DNA of 64,000 bases from Octopus vulgaris (GCA_951406725.2 OX597820.1:97216001-97280000); one strand, 5' to 3'; shown: positions 38,083 to 51,824, counted from the stretch's first letter. Numbers and translations are program-made. The notes: generated by a model not told the origin, from the letters alone.

Positions 38083-38278
38083 AGGAGCCTATCATATATA
38101 TGCATGCATGTGTGAGAGTGTCACATTGTTTACTTTCTCCATAATAAAGCAGGCATGTAATAACTGGTGGAACAAAAAATACGTTCAGTTCAAAAAAGTT
38201 TTACCTAAGCTATGCTAGCATGGAAAAATGGACATAAAACTGACAATGGTGGTGATAATATATATATGTTATTTGTGG

Positions 38279-38437
38279 CAATCAATGGTTTCATGTGATA
38301 GAGATCTCTACAATTGTTTAAGCTCAACACTTTGAAATCTTGGTTTTCCTCTTCAAATTGGAGAAAAGTACCAAGATTCCAAAGTGGTGAGCTTGAACAA
38401 TTGTGGAGATCTCTTCCACATGAAACCGCTCTGATTG
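38279..38437. repeat. Foldback hairpin (~65-bp arms)
   Basis: GGTTTCATGTG..AGAGATCTCTACAATTGTTTAAGCTCAACACTTTGAAATCTTGGT mirrored by ACCAAGATTCCAAAGTGGTGAGCTTGAACAATTGTGGAGATCTCT..CACATGAAACC. Confidence 0.85.
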
Positions 38438-39857
38438 TTTACCAAAGAGGATACTCCCCAAAAGATCTGACAATAATGATTATGTCCCTAAACAGCAAAT
38501 ATGGGTGAATTGAAACAAGTGTTACGTATACTACAGTAAAAATATCCTAGTGCTAGTACAGCCCTTTTCCCTTCAAGTTTTGATGATTCTCAAGGTCAAG
38601 GGAATATCAAGGGAGAGAACTAGCAAAACAACGATACATTCTACCAGTTTATGAGTGATGACTATGGCTGGATTTGAACTCAGGGTCGACGAGGTGGGAG
38701 TCGAATAATTAATTCACACAAATATTCTTATGGAGCCAACAAAGAGAGCTTCTACGTAGTTGCCCATCGCCTTGCCCATCTACTAGAGATAGCAACCAGT
38801 TCTCCCTCAAAAAAAAAAAAAAAAGACAAGGAAAAGGACACATCGAAGAAGTCTATAATGGCTAATGTAATCTTAGATATTCTGTTTGAAGAAAAAAGAC
38901 AAGATGGTCACGGCTGAAACGCTTTTGATTAGTGAGTGTCGACAGTGAGGTGGTGGTCGTTGTAATCTAAGTAAGGAAGTTAAATGGAAATAGTGGTGGT
39001 GGTGGTGGTATCCGCGACGATGGTTATGTTGGTGATAGCGGCAGTTGTGTGGTGGTGTTAGTATTGATGTGAGCGAATGCTTAGCCTTGGTTGGACAGAT
39101 CTATTTAAGGAAGTAAAGTGTTTGCTAGGAGGACCAAGTGACAAGAGAGTTTGCTATGGATGTTTGAAAAAGAAGAAATAAAAAAAAAAGTGGGGAGGGG
39201 GAAGAAAAGAGAGCAAGAAAGCTGACTGACTGTGAAAGAATAATGAGGGGGGGGGGCGTAGGAAGAGAAGAAAAGAGAGCAGAAAAGAAAAACAATATTT
39301 CAGGGAGGTGCTGGGCTGGTGGTTAGGCAAAGACGGCAAGGCTGACCGAGATTGTCCGACAAATCAACCGACAAGACAACGTTAGCTCGTCCATCAACAA
39401 AACGGTTGCTGGTATGTTATATAGAAACAGGAAACTTGAGGGGATGGGGAAGAAGAAGAAAAAAACAAAAAGCAAAAACAAAGAGAAAAGTGGATCAGAA
39501 GGGTACCACAATATAATGGCAGCTATGATAAAGAAAAGATGGGTTAAATAAAGGCAGTCTTTTACTTCATTCTTTTGCCACCATCACCTTAACCCTCGGC
39601 TCATTTTTGTTTCTTTTCTCATTACGATGTTTGAATGAGCCAACAGGGAGTACTCTACGTGTTCATGATATCTGCAAAAAATAGTAGTTCGATCTCCAGT
39701 CTTAAAAAAAGAAACAAACAAAACAAGAGTAAGGGTCATACGTATACTATGTTTGAGAAAAAGAACGAAAAACAAACAAAAACGGTAATGACCGGAACTC
39801 TATCATCATAGGCTTAGCTTGATCGTAGCACATCCGAGGTTTAACAACAACCATATC

Positions 39858-40108
39858 TATTTCTTTACTACCCACAAGGGGATAAACACAGAGAGGACAA
39901 ACAAGGACAGACAAAGGGATTAAGTCGATTACATCGATCCCAGTGCGTAACTGGTACTTAATTTATCGACCCCCGAAAGGATGAAAGGCAAAGTCGACCT
40001 AGGCAGAATTTTAACTCAGAACGTAATGGCAGACAAAATACGGCTTCGCATTTCGCCCGGTGTGCTAACGTTTCTGTCTTAACGTTTGCGCCAATTCCAC
40101 CGCCTTAA
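39858..40108 (-). mobile_element. Family B SINE
   Basis: Match to the family-B consensus. Confidence 0.85.
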
Positions 40109-40586
40109 TAAACATTAAGTGAGCCAACTAGGGAGTCTCAATGTGGACGTTCGATCTACAAAAAATAGCCCCAAAACTCTCTTTCGAATCACAACTGTAT
40201 CGTCTATGAAAAAAAAAAGGTACATTGTGCGATATATTGTAATGTCTTTGATGATAGATTTGCTGGATTTGGAGGTAAACGACAACATATAATAATGAAG
40301 TGGTGGCGGGGATGATAAGAGGGTAATGTTAACGGTTTCCTGATTTTGCCGCAAGGACAAGGAAATCACCAACATTATAATACAACCTTTTTATTTTTCA
40401 AAGAGCCAACGAAAGGCATGTATGCTGTTCGATGTGCTTGAAATAGTAGCCAAATTTCTCTCTAATCAAGTCTTAACATCTTAAATAAGTAAAGGGTGCA
40501 TGACACATAATATAAAGACTACAGAATCCGATTGCAATGATTTTTTTTTAAATCATAAAGGACAGCTCCATCAGGTTTGATACCTG

Positions 40587-40818
40587 TTTCTTTATTTACC
40601 CACAAGGGGCTAAATATAGAGGGGACAAACAAAGACAGACAAACGGATTAAGTCGATTACATCGATCCGAGTGCGTAACTGGTACTTAATTTATCGACCC
40701 CGGAAGGATGAAAGGCAAAGTCGACCTCGGCGGAATTTGAACTCAGAACATAATGGCAGACGAAATACGGCTACGCATTTCGCCCGGCGTGCTAACGTTT
40801 CTGCCAGGTCGCCGCCTT
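40587..40818 (-). mobile_element. Family B SINE
   Basis: Match to the family-B consensus; flanked by TTGATACC on both sides. Confidence 0.9.
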
Positions 40819-41147
40819 GATACCGTGCTCAACACAAGGTTGGTCCTAAGGTTGTTGGTACCCCGGCAAGCTGAACTTCGGCGCCCTTACAAGTATAATT
40901 TTTTAAACTTTCAGGAGAAAAACTGAAAATGTAGATTAAAAAACACATGGCGCCCCGGGCGCGAAATTGTTTTTCCTACGAGAGTTCCGGACCCCAGAAA
41001 TGAATTCATTTGCATACAGCGAATCATTGCTCACCTTGACCGTGTCAAGTTAACACACTCTACCAAGTAAACTGAAGACAAAGAACGGTGTTGTAAGTCA
41101 ACCGATCGCTAAGTTATGTCTGATTTTTGAAGGAGTTAAGTAATTAG

Positions 41148-41740
41148 ATATTCTGTTGTCTGGGTAGAGTTATTTCCTTTTTGTGCCTTATAATTTAAGT
41201 TAAGTTAAGTTAATTTTTTGGCTCAAAAAGCAAAAAGCAAGGCCATGTAGGGGGACATGGAGTTATGTACAGGGAGGGTGTTCATGCAAAGAGTTCAGGC
41301 CATTTCTGGTCAAGAGAGACTTTGACCCGAGCGGTCGTCGACATCTTCACTATCTCGTCCGGCAGCTTATTCCACGGATCCGCAACCCGGACGGAGAAAG
41401 CCCCTCTCCTTCGATTGAGATGAAATCGTCGTAGATAGAGCTTTTCGGAGTGACCCCGCAACCGACGCTCTGGAGCAAGAGTGAAGAACAGCTCTTTCGA
41501 GAGGTTACACTTTCCGCTTATGATGTTGTGAGCACACCCACTGGTAAAATTTCCACTTATTTCTTAGTTTTATTTTCCTAAAACTTTCGTTGTGTCTTGC
41601 AACCTTTTCAATAGTCTTGAAAAGGTTGCAAGACGGCAACGAAAATTTTAGGAAAATAAAAATAAGTGGAAATTTTACCGGTGAGTGTGTTAAATTATAA
41701 GGTACAAAAAGAAAATGACTCTCCCCTGACACCAGAATAT
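41148..41740. repeat. Palindromic element (arms ~130 bp, centre ~41613) interrupted by a CR1 insertion
   Basis: 41148-41198 plus 41533-41611 is the reverse complement of 41617-41740. Confidence 0.8.
41199..41532 (-). mobile_element. 5'-truncated CR1-group LINE (ORF2 C-terminus, 3' UTR, (TTAAC)n tail)
   Basis: Minus strand reads HNIISGKCNLSKELFFTLAPERRLRGHSEKLYLRRFHLNRRRGAFSVRVADPWNKLPDEIVKMSTTARVKVSLDQKWPELFA* (stop 41282-41284): RGH..KL / FS.RV...WN.LP signature of CR1 ORF2. Confidence 0.9.
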
Positions 41741-42028
41741 GCTTCAACACACGAACTCACATAAAGAATCTTACAAACCAAATCCCAAAACGAAGTAATT
41801 AGATTTGCATCTATACCAATTATCGGATTTTGTTAGGGCCCCATATAGTAAAGATGTGGATGTCGCTGCTAAATATTTTTAATATCGCATTAAAAAAAAA
41901 TTTCCCAACGAAATTATGCAGTGATAAATGTAGTTTAGCGTCATAAAAAAAGGGGCATTGTTTATGTGGATTCACTCGTAATATACGAGCCAATTCCTCT
42001 TTTAAGAGCCATTTGATTTTATAATTAA

Positions 42029-42429
42029 CTAGCAGTATCGCCCGGCGTTGCTCGGGTTTGTAAGGGAAATAACTATATAAGCATTTTTAGAGATGTAAAG
42101 TATAATAGCCATCTCAATATGGCTAACCACAAAGGGGTGGGGTGTTACTGTAGCTTTTTACGTTCTGAGATTTAATAATACATTTTTAGAGAGTTACTTC
42201 CCTTATATAATAGCAAAAAAAAAATGTATTAAAAATGGGAAAAAATGATGGTAATTTTTTTTTTAAATCGAAGACTCATCGTAGACGCGCGCTAATACCC
42301 AGAAGGGCTCGATATGAATCACGACTATAAGATACCCGAATTTGGTTAAACTGCACCGCAAAATGTGGGAGTAGTTAGGAATCTAAATCGTAGGAGACAG
42401 ACACACAACTTCACTTTTATATATAAAGA
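42029..42429 (-). mobile_element. Non-autonomous Helitron H1
   Basis: TC start and hairpin plus CTAG end on minus; near-identical to 3986-4371. Confidence 0.85.
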
Positions 42430-42982
42430 TAATTGAACTAACGTACATCTATCGCAATATACTTCAATTTTTAGGACAATTTACTTTCGCTTTTTCACGA
42501 CGGTAACATGTCAACGCATTTTTTTTGAAAGTGTAGGTTACGATTATATTGATAGAAATAAAATTGAATTCCTTGCTCATGATTGCACATGAAAAGTCTG
42601 TGACTTTATCCTGGTTGATGCCATTCATTAAGTTGAATTTGGAAAGCGTAGGACAATAACAATAAAATTCCCAGTTTTACTTTGAGCCTACTATTAACAT
42701 ATCGAAATTTTTTTTCCCGCCGCGCCTTCCAATTCCATGGTGAAAATTTATATCAGTCAGGATATGTTTTCCGTTGTGCAACGATCACGAGAAAGCTATT
42801 GAAATTATTTTCTTTGTGAATAAAAAATTAAAAAATTCAAAATAAATCCTATGTACATGATCGTCACCTACACATTTGAAAACGTACTTGTAAAATTTCG
42901 TTGAAAAATGTGATTAAGAAAATTATGAAGAAACGAATTCGAGAAGGGGTATACAAACGCAATAAACTTTTGCCAGGGCTTG

Positions 42983-43141
42983 GTATATAGCAATCCTTCG
43001 GTATTGGTACACGACGTCATTCACCCACACAACCTTTCATCAGGACATAAAGAGGTTAGGCTGAAAAAGAGGGTGAATGACGTCGCCTCATCACACCGAC
43101 ACTATTGAGATCAAAAACGAAGGATCGCCCATGTTATATAC
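42983..43141. mobile_element. Small MITE-like foldback
   Basis: Outer ATCCTTCG/CGAAGGAT and inner CGACGTCATTCACCC/GGGTGAATGACGTCG inverted repeats. Confidence 0.55.
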
Positions 43142-43147
43142 ACATTA

Positions 43148-43188
<41 letters not shown>

Positions 43189-43670
43189 TACAAAGTACAA
43201 GAATACATTTTTGATTGAGCAAACACAACTAGGATTAAAGATGTCCCAATTGTGACTTCCTCTTCGTATATTCGGCACAAGTAACCACAATAGCACCTTT
43301 TTAAAAATTAGTGTGCTTTTACTGAGATGTGACGGCTATTTCTAGCAAGTCGAGCAACCATACAGAGTCTTCAAAGACGATTGGCACATGAGTGTTTCGT
43401 TCAAGGTCGGCTCTATTCAAACGGGCGTGATAAAAAACATGCTAACCACGAAGCTCTCTACAGAGACAGTGTACCGCGAACTACATTGGCTGGGTGTAAA
43501 GAAGGGATATGAAGAAAGTGGAAGTGCTGTTCGGTTGTAAACTACCTGTAATACTTTGGTTTTTCATTGTAGTTATGAACGTAAATAATTTTCATCACGA
43601 CTATGCATCTTACATGTATATGCAGGCCACGCCAACATTATTTTCGGGAAGACTAGCAGTTGCCTATATA

Positions 43671-44192
43671 CCGTAAATCCTCGAGTATAGTTCGCCCTTG
43701 CGTATAATACGCAGGGGATTTTTAGGGGGCTGTACTTCTGAAAAACCTAAACCTTGTGTATAATACGCACCCCTTCTCTAACTTGAGCCGTGCGTAATTA
43801 AGCCAACAGCACCTAGTTGAACAAATACTTCCGCGCATGCGTAATACAATAATGGTGATGTTCTTAACTGTTATATGGGAATGTAAATATGTTTGCAAAT
43901 TGTTTCTGTTACATGTTATTCTGTATTCTGAATACTTTTATTTTAATAAATGTTGCTTACTGCAAGTTATGGATGATTCTTTTATGGCTTCATTGCTTTC
44001 AGGCTTAGCTTAAGGTATTTGCGCGCCCGACATCACAAAATGCGTCTGAATAAACATTGCCGGACTGCAAATAGAGACTTGGACATTGCTTAGAAAATAT
44101 TTTTCATTTTTAACCTCGTATATAGTTCGTACTAGGGATTTTGACCTTTAAATTTTGGGAAAAAAGTGCGGATTATACTCGAAGATTTAGGG
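43671..44192. mobile_element. pogo/Tigger-type non-autonomous DNA transposon
   Basis: TA|CCGTAAATCCTCGAGTATA ... TATACTCGAAGATTTAGGG|TA. Confidence 0.85.
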
Positions 44193-44757
44193 TATATGCA
44201 AGTGCCTTCTGATTCCACGCAGCCGATGTTTTTCCAAGAGAAAGGCCGTCGGTTCGAGCTAATAGCGCCTGGTAAAGCAAAGAGCTGGTACACATATTGA
44301 AAGATATCTTTTGTCTGACTCTTCATCGGTTCCAGCAATCCATTGCTCTATTTAGTACTTTTTATCGGCCCAGAAGAATGAAGAGCAAAGTTGAACTCGA
44401 ACCGCAGAGGCATTATAGTCAATAATTCGGTGCCTCACACACGAACAAAGTCGGTTGATTTGTAGAGTTGTTACATCAGAGATAATGTTTTGTGATATTC
44501 GGTTCCAGCTCTCTCCAACCGAGGCCAACTCAACCTTTCATCAAAACATCGCCCTTTCATCCTTGCAGGAAGTCGACAAGATGGTCACGGCTTGTACCAG
44601 TTAAGAAATGTGGTCGACACTCTCCCCTCTCTTTCTCACTTTCTCTTAAAGAAACCTACTGTATTTGGACCTCGAGAGAGATGGGCTCTGCCAAGAAAGT
44701 AACCAAATCACGAGGAGCCTCTAAGTCTACATCAGTAGTTGAAGATCCCCCCCATAT

Positions 44758-44810
<53 letters not shown>

Positions 44811-45084
44811 GTATAGCATCGAAATTCTTTTTAGTCACTTTCTAATTTTTCATTTTTTTTTTCTTGTTAGTAATTAGATCCATTTTCTCTTTGCAGATAT
44901 TTAATAAGAATTTAATTATTTTTGAATGAATTCCAACTTTAATTTGCTGAAACTCAACAATTAAAAAGAAAACAAAATTAGAAGAAAAACTTGAAGTTGA
45001 TGAATTTTCACAAAGTAACATTATGGAAAGACCAACAGAGAGAGAGAAAGCTCAGTTTTTTTTTTTTTTTGTATTACTCATCTT

Positions 45085-45468
45085 AAGCACTCCGTCGGTT
45101 ACGACGACGAGGGTTCCGGTTGATCCGAATCAACGGAACAGCCTGCTCGAGAAATTAACGTGTAAGTGGCTGAGCACTCCACAGACACGTGTACCCTTAA
45201 TGTAGTTCTCGGGGATATTCAGCGTGACACAGAGAGTGACAAGGCCGGCCCTTTGAAATACAGGTACAACAGAAACAGGAAGTAAGAGTGAGAGAAAGTT
45301 GTGGTGAAAGAGTACAGCAGGGATCACCACCATCCCCTGCCGGAGACTCGTGGAGCATTAGGTGTTTTCGCTCAATAAACACTCACAACGCCCGGTCTGG
45401 GAATCGAAACCGCGATCCTATGACCGCGAGTCCGCTGCCCTAACCACAGGGCCATTGCGCCTCCACAC
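45085..45468 (-). mobile_element. tRNA-derived SINE, family D, full length
   Basis: Minus head GGAGGCGCAATGGCCCnGTGGTTAGGGCAGCGGACTCGCGG..GGTTTCGATTCC; near-identical to 50049. Confidence 0.9.
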
Positions 45469-46137
45469 AGGTCGTCAACGATATAGTGTGATCAAAGCAA
45501 ATTCTACAAACTCTTAATTTCAAAGCAAATATATTGTGAGGCGCAACAAAATTGAAGTATAAGAGTTAGATTATGTACAAGGAACAGTTAAGTTATAAGG
45601 GTTTTGGAATTATTGTAGAGGGATACCGTTTTGGGGGACGTCTAGGTCAGAGCTCATTTTGGTTAAAATTTTATTTTAAAATCATTTATCATCAATCCAT
45701 TTCAATGTAGGAATTGATAAGACTTTTTCAAGAAGATGAAATCCTATGCCACACAAGCAAAATATCACTAACTTGGTAGGGAAAATCATGGAAGGAAATC
45801 CCTGGAATAGGTTGCTCAAAACCTCAATCTTGATCCAGTACAACACACATGAAAACATATGTATTGTACTGGATGAACAAGAGTCAATTACGCTATTGAT
45901 AATTTAATCAAATCTTTGCCTAATCAAGTGAAACCCACGGTATTAGCTAAAGGAAGATCTATAAAATATCGAGATAAATTTTCAATAATTTTGTATAAGT
46001 TTTCATGATATTTTACAAGTTGAATTAATGTTGCGTTTTATTACTCTGTAGGGCACCCTTTGTGTGCGTGATATTGATAATTAATTTGATGATGATGATG
46101 ATGATGATGACGATGATGATAATGATAATGATGTGCG

Positions 46138-46472
46138 CGTGCATCTGTGTGGTTTAGAAGTTCGCTTTGCACGGCATCTTGAGCAAGTGTCTGCTATTAT
46201 AGTTCCGAGTCGACCAATGTCTTCTGAGTGAATTTGGTAGACGGAAACTATGGAATCCTGTTGTGTACACACACACACACACATATATACATGCGTTTAT
46301 GTATATCTGTGTGTCTTCCTGTCTGTGCTTGCTTACACCCACTTGACAACTGGTGTTGGTTTGTTGACATTCCTGTAACATAGTAGTTCCATAAAAGAGA
46401 CCGATAAATAAGTGCCAGACTTCAAAAATTTGCACTAGGGTCGCAGTCCAATATCTGAAACAAGTAAAAGAT
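46138..46472 (+). mobile_element. Family A SINE (degenerate)
   Basis: Colinear with family A, with deletions. Confidence 0.7.
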
Positions 46473-47432
46473 ACACACACACATATGGGGAAGAGCTAAA
46501 CAACTAATTATTTTAGCGACTTTGGAATGATGAAAGACAAGCTAACCTCGACATAATTTGAACTCAGAACAGAGAGCCGAAAATAAATAATACAAGCATT
46601 TCTTCGCTTTAACAATTCTGCCAAAAAAAAAACCAAAAAAAACCCAGCCAGTTCGGCCTGCTACAAAAAGCAACCAAACCTCCGTCAAATCACACTTTAT
46701 AATAAGATAGAAAGATACATTAGCTATAGTCGTTCCTATATACTCTAAATGGGGAGGGGAAGAAAAAAGCAAAAAAAAAGGAAAACAAGAATGTTTCGGT
46801 TAGAATCCTTTGATCATTTGGTCTGTTTAAATCAGAGCTGACTTCGAGCTACACAATAATAAATACACAAATACGCAAGTTATTCCACATTTTCGGTGCT
46901 AAAACATTGTATCAGCGGTTGTTGTTATTGTAGCTAACTGATCAGTCCAGAACAAAATCATTATATATATATATCAACATCCCTGTTTTTTTGTTTTTTT
47001 TTACTTATCATCTTCCGACAGTGTATCTAACACTTATCAAAGTGTTCTTGACACTGTGTGCGGACCTTAAACGCCACGATCAAAGAACTTTGTTTTTCTA
47101 TATTCGTTTGCATCCAGTATTTTTTTTAATTCAAAAAGTGTATCTAAGACAACATTATCCAATTGTTTCTAGGACTACATATCCCGAAGTCACAGAACAC
47201 AGACACAAGTTTTGTTTTTTCGATAACATTTAATACAGACCCACTAATTTTGATATTAGACATCGCAAATATCCTTCAATACGATCATACTTCACGAATC
47301 CTATCAGTTTCGGTGAACTTAGTATTCCGCTGTATCTCACCCCAAACAACGCTCATTGTTTGGAGTAAGATACCACGCAGATAACACCCCCAACCGTTCA
47401 TACAACCCCTCGTTACTCTTTTGCAACCAATA

Positions 47433-47935
47433 CAGTGATCCCTCGCTACTTCGCGGTTCAACTATCGTGGATTCACGACTTCGCGGATTTAAAAACATAT
47501 ATATATATATATGTATGAACGCCTAAAATTGTTCATTAAATCCATTAAAATAATAATAAATATTATTTCTTAGTCTTATAACAACAAAAGAAGCATAAAA
47601 CAGCAAAAAAGCATATACAGGGGTATTTGAACTTAAGACGGGCTGTGATTGGTGCAATGGAGAGAGACAACGAATCACAGCTTACTATTTTGTAATCTGG
47701 CCTGTGTAACAGTAACAATCTTTATTTTTTAAAATCTAAAGTGTTATTGCTTAATAGTTGTCCTTGTTATTAATAGACTACTGTAATGGGTGGGTTGTTA
47801 ACAGTACAGGGAGGGTTTTAAAAGTCCAAATGCACGTTAAATAAATACTGTAAATATGGTGTCCCTACTTCGCGAAAATTCAGTTATCGCGGCCGGTCTC
47901 GGAACCAATCTACCGCGATAAACGAGGGATCACTG
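47433..47935. mobile_element. Tigger/pogo-type MITE
   Basis: TA|CAGTGATCCCTCG ... CGAGGGATCACTG|TA. Confidence 0.9.
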
Positions 47936-49690
47936 TATATTTCACATCAAACTTGTAAATGACTATGATCATAGACATCGAAAATATTCCCCAAACACAA
48001 TCATATCGATTTCTTTCAACGGTACAAAATATACAATCGCTATACATAAAAATAAAATATCGTACCTCACACCGCCTAAATATGAACAAAACGCATGAAG
48101 AATGTTGAAAGTTTTTACAGTGATATAAGCATGGGTTTTTGCAGCCTTGTTCTTTCAACGCAATATATCTTCGACTACAGCAGATACACACGCATACAAA
48201 CTGGAAACATTGCGGTTGGCATACCCAACGGTACGTCACCGACTCTCATACCAAAGACTCCCAAAACCGACTAACATGCAGTTTACAATCGTTAAAAAGT
48301 GAAAGTAAATTGCGATAACCGACAGTGACATTCCATAATTTTATGTAAACAATGTGACATAAAACCAAGTTATAGAACGTACATATATTTAATTTCATAT
48401 GAAAACTGTACACATTTTATCCAAGATGAGAACAACCACACTTTTCAGTGGTGTGTTCATTGCTGGGTATAATACATTGGAACGCTATGTCTTAGTTGCT
48501 ACTTCTGAAATACTTAACACACCACTAGAACTATACATGTGAACATGGCACTATGAGGGAGTTCTTTTAATGAAATTTTGGGATGTTAGTATCATCACTT
48601 CCGGTTTCTCTCGCAATTTACTTTCACTTTTAACGACCAAAAAATACCCCAGTCCTTAACTTCTTATGGAGTAATGTTCCCACATTTGGAATAATAAAAT
48701 AAAAAGCCATTTAAGTGATTTACACACAGTCAGTCGCCAGCGCAATCTAGCCTCTGATTCACAAATGTATCATCTCTTCGCTCTGCTTTTCCAACTTTTC
48801 TAACAGTAGCCTCTACTTCCGGGTTGCTGCTTTCGCGTTATCTCCACTCATTTCTCATCCTCTCGGTAACTATGCTATGCCCAGATATTTCTAGATCTGC
48901 ATTAACCTCTTCATCCAACCCTTACTTCCCAGAATATCGGCCCTCTAGAAATCCCTCTGTCCATATTCTTCCTGCAACTGTCAACTTCAAAAGGCTTATT
49001 AACCACGTTATTGGACCAGCGAAGGCTTGGGTAATTTCCATTCACTCAGACAAAATCATTACCCCAATCCCTTAAAAACCAAAATGAACTCAGTCTATTA
49101 CAGTATTCCACAGGCACTTTTAATCTAGACGAAATTTCAGCCTGCTTCAATGTAAGACACTATAAATTATAAGCATATACGGTGCACTTCCGGTTTCTGT
49201 TTAGACTGAACAATAGTGCCCTCTTGGGACGCTGGGAGCTCACAAAGAAGCAGCAAATACTAAGGCGATGCTGGATGTTGAGAGGAGTCATGAATTTTCT
49301 TAGAAAATTTTAATATTTAAACTAATATTTATTACTTGTATTCTAAATACTTTTTCAAAAATATGTACTTTGTCGAGATTAGAATATGGCTAGGTCATTG
49401 CGTTATCAGTGAGCAGAAACATGGCTAATGATGCACCAAGGTCCAATATATTTTAATTCCATCATGTTAGTCCACGCTATTTGCTTTCTTTTTAGCAATT
49501 TCTATAAAACTTTGGCAAAGAGGCACTAGTCACTGCAGATATCTTAAAAGGGATATTTGCTGGATAGGACAGTATATCACGTGATCACGTGACCGACCAG
49601 ACCATCAGATGTTGTTACACATCGCTGGTTACAATGCGTTCGCATTGTTTTAGCCTTCGAATGACTCCACCCCGCTGGCTAAGCGAGCAG

Positions 49691-49735
<45 letters not shown>

Positions 49736-50048
49736 GACTATGTAAAATTAGCTAGTTTGCTTTTTTGTTTTTATTTGCAAAGCATAGGAAACTGGTGGGT
49801 GCTGAACTAAAAAAGGTTGAGAACCAATAGTCTGTCCAGACGCAAAGGGATCCAAAGGCAAAAAATGGTTGAGAACCACTGAAGGGGACCATCTTAATCT
49901 AGACACAATAATGGAGCGTGATGTCTACAAAATTTAAAACGTTATCTCCATTTAAGATACGTTATGAATGGTATGTGTCTGTCGGAGGGAATGTTCTAGT
50001 CTATAACGAAAATGTAGAGAGCGAGCAAATGCCAGAATACAAGAATCT

Positions 50049-50417
50049 GGAAGCACTCCGTCGGTTACGACGATGAGCGTTCCGGTTGATCCGAATCAAC
50101 GGAACAGCTTGCTCGTGAAATTAACGTGTAAGTGGCTGAGCACTCCACAGACACGTGTACCCTCAACGTAGTTCTTGGGGATATTCAGCGTGACACAGAG
50201 AGTGACAAGGCCGGCCCTTTGAAATACAGGTACAACAGAAACAGGAAGTAAGAGTGAGAGAAAGTTGTGGTGAAAGAGTACAGCAGGGATCACCACCATC
50301 CTTGTCGGAGCCTCGTGGAGCTTTAGGTGTTTTCGCTCAATAAACACTCACAACGCCCGGTCTGGGAATCGAAACCGCGAGTCCGCTGCCCTAATCACTG
50401 GGCCATTGCGCCTCCAC
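50049..50417 (-). mobile_element. Family D SINE with an 11-bp TSD
   Basis: TACAAGAATCT at 50038-50048 and 50418-50428. Confidence 0.9.
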
Positions 50418-50902
50418 TACAAGAATCTACACACAAACACACTCACACATGGGGTACATCTTCAATAGTGAAACCTTAGTCCCTACGCCACTGTCACGTA
50501 ACTAACATAAACCGGCTTTGTTTATATTTTTCCATCACATACATGCCGGCACAAGTCACTGCTAGCTAACAACCAATTCCAGCAGTTATATCCTTGTTTA
50601 CCGATATCACAGTCAAGTGATTGGGTGTGTAAATCGTCTAAGTATTTGAATTTATATTTTAACGAACTGATCATAACGACAAACGGGCAGAACGAATTAC
50701 AATACAAACAAATCTACATATTAAATAGGCCATTTTGTAAACTTGATAGTTGTAAAGGGTTGGGTGGCCTGTGTATATATTCGGTACAACGACATTATAA
50801 GAAGTTTAGTGAATGACATTCGGTCTTGTTTGACAACCCCGCCAATCTCTCTCTCTCTCTCTCTCTCATACACACACACACACAAATACAGCATGTATTG
50901 TG

Positions 50903-50964
<62 letters not shown>

Positions 50965-51188
50965 AATAAAATATATGCATATATATAAACATATATGTAC
51001 GTACCTACCTCTACATGTACATATACACGCATATATGTGTACAGGACACCAAAAAGACGTCGAACACATAGAGAGACGAAAAACATAGACACAAACCAAG
51101 GAACAAGACAGGCAAAAAAAAGAGATACAGGACAATAAGCACAACGAAAAATCCCCTTCTTCAGTCGCTAAAGTTTCATCTTCGAAAC

Positions 51189-51221
<33 letters not shown>

Positions 51222-51269
51222 GTATATACACATCCACAAAAAATTTGATTGTACTTCAGGCTCACCGTG

Positions 51270-51620
51270 TGTATGGCTGTGTGGTAAGAAGCTTGCTTCC
51301 CAACAACGATTCCGGGTTCAGTCCCACTGCGGGGCACATTGGGCGAGTGTCTTCTACTATAGCCTCGGGCTGACCAAAGCCTTGTGAGTGGATTTGGTAA
51401 ACGGAAACTGAAAGAAGCCCGTCGTATATGCGTGCGTGTGTGTCTGTGTTCGTCATCCCGCCATCGCTTGACAACCGATGTTGGTGTGTTTATGTCCCCG
51501 TAACTTAGCGGTTTGCCATAGGAGAACCAATAGAACAAGTACTAGGCTTACAAATAATAAGTTCTGGGATAGGTTTCTTCGACTAAAACCTTTTAAGGCG
51601 GTGCTCCAGCAACACCGCAG
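51270..51620 (+). mobile_element. Family A SINE
   Basis: Match to family A. Confidence 0.85.
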
Positions 51621-51824
51621 ACGCATAGTTGAAATGTATAAAGTGTTTGTGTGTGTGTGTGTATAGTATATACACACGCATACAAACTGGAAACATTGCG
51701 GTTTGAAGCACATTTATTTATTCCCGCACTCAAAAGTCGTATGCATAAGAGTTGAAAATTACTGACATATTTTTTGCTGAATAATTATACATCAAAACAC
51801 AAGAATGGAAAAAAAAAAAAAATG

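Noticed and set aside
39300-39420. Promoter or first exon at the CpG boundary, with a plus-strand CTG|GTATGT donor
   Set aside because: Position is suggestive, but no core promoter element or minus-strand donor could be identified from sequence alone
45395-45468. tRNA gene
   Set aside because: tRNA-like A/B boxes are the SINE head and continue into SINE body; no complete cloverleaf (same for families A, B and E)
48700-49080. Possible LINE coding remnant
   Set aside because: Translations contain stops and no motif I can assign
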